Positions 26,052 to 26,898 of a stretch of DNA of 26,898 nucleotides are shown here, in pieces. The translations under genes were made by a program, and so were the position numbers. Below the pieces are notes generated by a model. That model searched no databases. It saw nothing but the letters and a program-made list of their open reading frames with translations, and was not told the origin of the DNA. Numbering within the stretch: position 1 is the first letter of the stretch; the number at the start of each line of letters is the position of its first letter. The DNA lies in assembly GCA_016839365.1 (NCBI GenBank), contig JAEOUH010000017.1, forward strand, positions 1-26,898, given 5' to 3'. Origin of the DNA: Candidatus Hermodarchaeota archaeon. GTDB lineage: Archaea; Asgardarchaeota; Hermodarchaeia; Hermodarchaeales; Hermodarchaeaceae.

Positions 26052-26898
26052 ATGAAAATATCAAACATGTTTCTGCTGACACTATTGCTAATGTCACAGT
26101 TTATTGTCTTCCCTTTTGCTTTGTTTGCACAACCTCAGCGAGTCTTTGCTCAAAATGGCAGTACAGAATTTGGCTCAAACATCCGCGTTACTGATGGCAC
26201 ATCTCCGTATACGGATCAAGTTGAGCCCACCTTAGCCATCCTTAGTGATGGTCGAATCCTGGTTGGTTGGAAGGAAGCCGATACACATAATGGACCTGGC
26301 CGTCGGGTCGGTTTTGCCTATTCCACAGATGGTGGCATCACATATACACCGAACATACTCATGGCACGAATGTCAACTAATAACGCACAATCTGATCCCT
26401 GGCTAGTCGCTGACGCTGATGATAATGTGTACTTTGTGTGGATTGAGTTCAACGATATCGCCCAGAATTACCCGCCTGAAGGTATTGGGGTCGCAAAAAC
26501 AACCGATGGCGGTGAGACCTGGGCTGCCCCGGTCAATGCTGCTGATACCCCAGAATTTGATGACAAGGAAACAGCCTGCATTGATTCGGACGGTAATCTT
26601 TACATCGTCTGGGATCATTTCACCCTCAACTCAACTTACCATATTGTGGATTATGATCTTCGGATGACCAATTCCACCGATGGCGGGGCGACTTTTTCGC
26701 CTACCATTGTTCCTGCTGAAGTTTCGATTCCCTATATCCATTGTTCTTCAAATGATACGCTCTTTATCACCTACATCAATGGGACCACTGAAGAGGCCCC
26801 TAATACTCAGATCTTCTTGACGCGCTCCAGTGATCGAGGGGTGACATGGTCACCAAGCATAAGAGTGGGTCCAACACATTCTGAGGTTGATTTAATCA
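26052..26898 (+). CDS. Secreted BNR/Asp-box (sialidase-like) beta-propeller protein, 3'-truncated by the window edge
   Basis: Hand translation MKISNMFLLTLLLMSQ... gives a signal peptide and Asp-boxes STDGGITY, TTDGGETW, STDGGATF, SSDRGVTW, plus SDP and DKE motifs; open to the edge. Confidence 0.88.
   Translation, partial: MKISNMFLLTLLLMSQFIVFPFALFAQPQRVFAQNGSTEFGSNIRVTDGTSPYTDQVEPTLAILSDGRILVGWKEADTHNGPGRRVGFAYSTDGGITYTPNILMARMSTNNAQSDPWLVADADDNVYFVWIEFNDIAQNYPPEGIGVAKTTDGGETWAAPVNAADTPEFDDKETACIDSDGNLYIVWDHFTLNSTYHIVDYDLRMTNSTDGGATFSPTIVPAEVSIPYIHCSSNDTLFITYINGTTEEAPNTQIFLTRSSDRGVTWSPSIRVGPTHSEVDLI

Noticed and set aside
364-26667. Numerous 60-150 aa ORFs antisense or out of frame to the main genes
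   Set aside because: They lie within well-supported CDSs and carry no recognisable motifs; shadow ORFs.

Overview
Archaeal genomic window, probably Asgard (inferred from a PGF/Loki-CTERM-like sorting tail, a RING-variant protein and GGTGA-type ribosome-binding sites). The left two thirds is a Wood-Ljungdahl/C1 locus: cdhA-cdhB-cdhC (CODH/ACS alpha, epsilon, beta; beta runs off the left edge), a metal-dependent amidohydrolase, cooC, fwdB- and fwdG-like genes, an hdrA-mvhD fusion, an fwdF polyferredoxin and an fwdD-like gene. Two tandem membrane-anchored beta-propeller paralogues interrupt it. To the right are a rhomboid protease, cofC, an MFS transporter, ppdK, a GNAT, a form IV RuBisCO-like protein and two secreted/surface proteins. 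Two signals stand out. (1) FwdB appears to have lost its W/Mo-ligating Cys and its catalytic His/Arg, and FwdD has lost pterin-binding motifs, while the Fe-S wiring (FwdB cluster, FwdG, FwdF, HdrA-MvhD) is intact; this suggests a pterin-less, Fhc-like or scaffold Fwd. (2) One gene encodes an ectodomain-TM-zinc ribbon-RING receptor-like E3 ligase candidate, paired with a tail-less paralogue. Reference motifs were compared from memory; no database searches were run. No rRNA, tRNA, CRISPR array or mobile element was seen.
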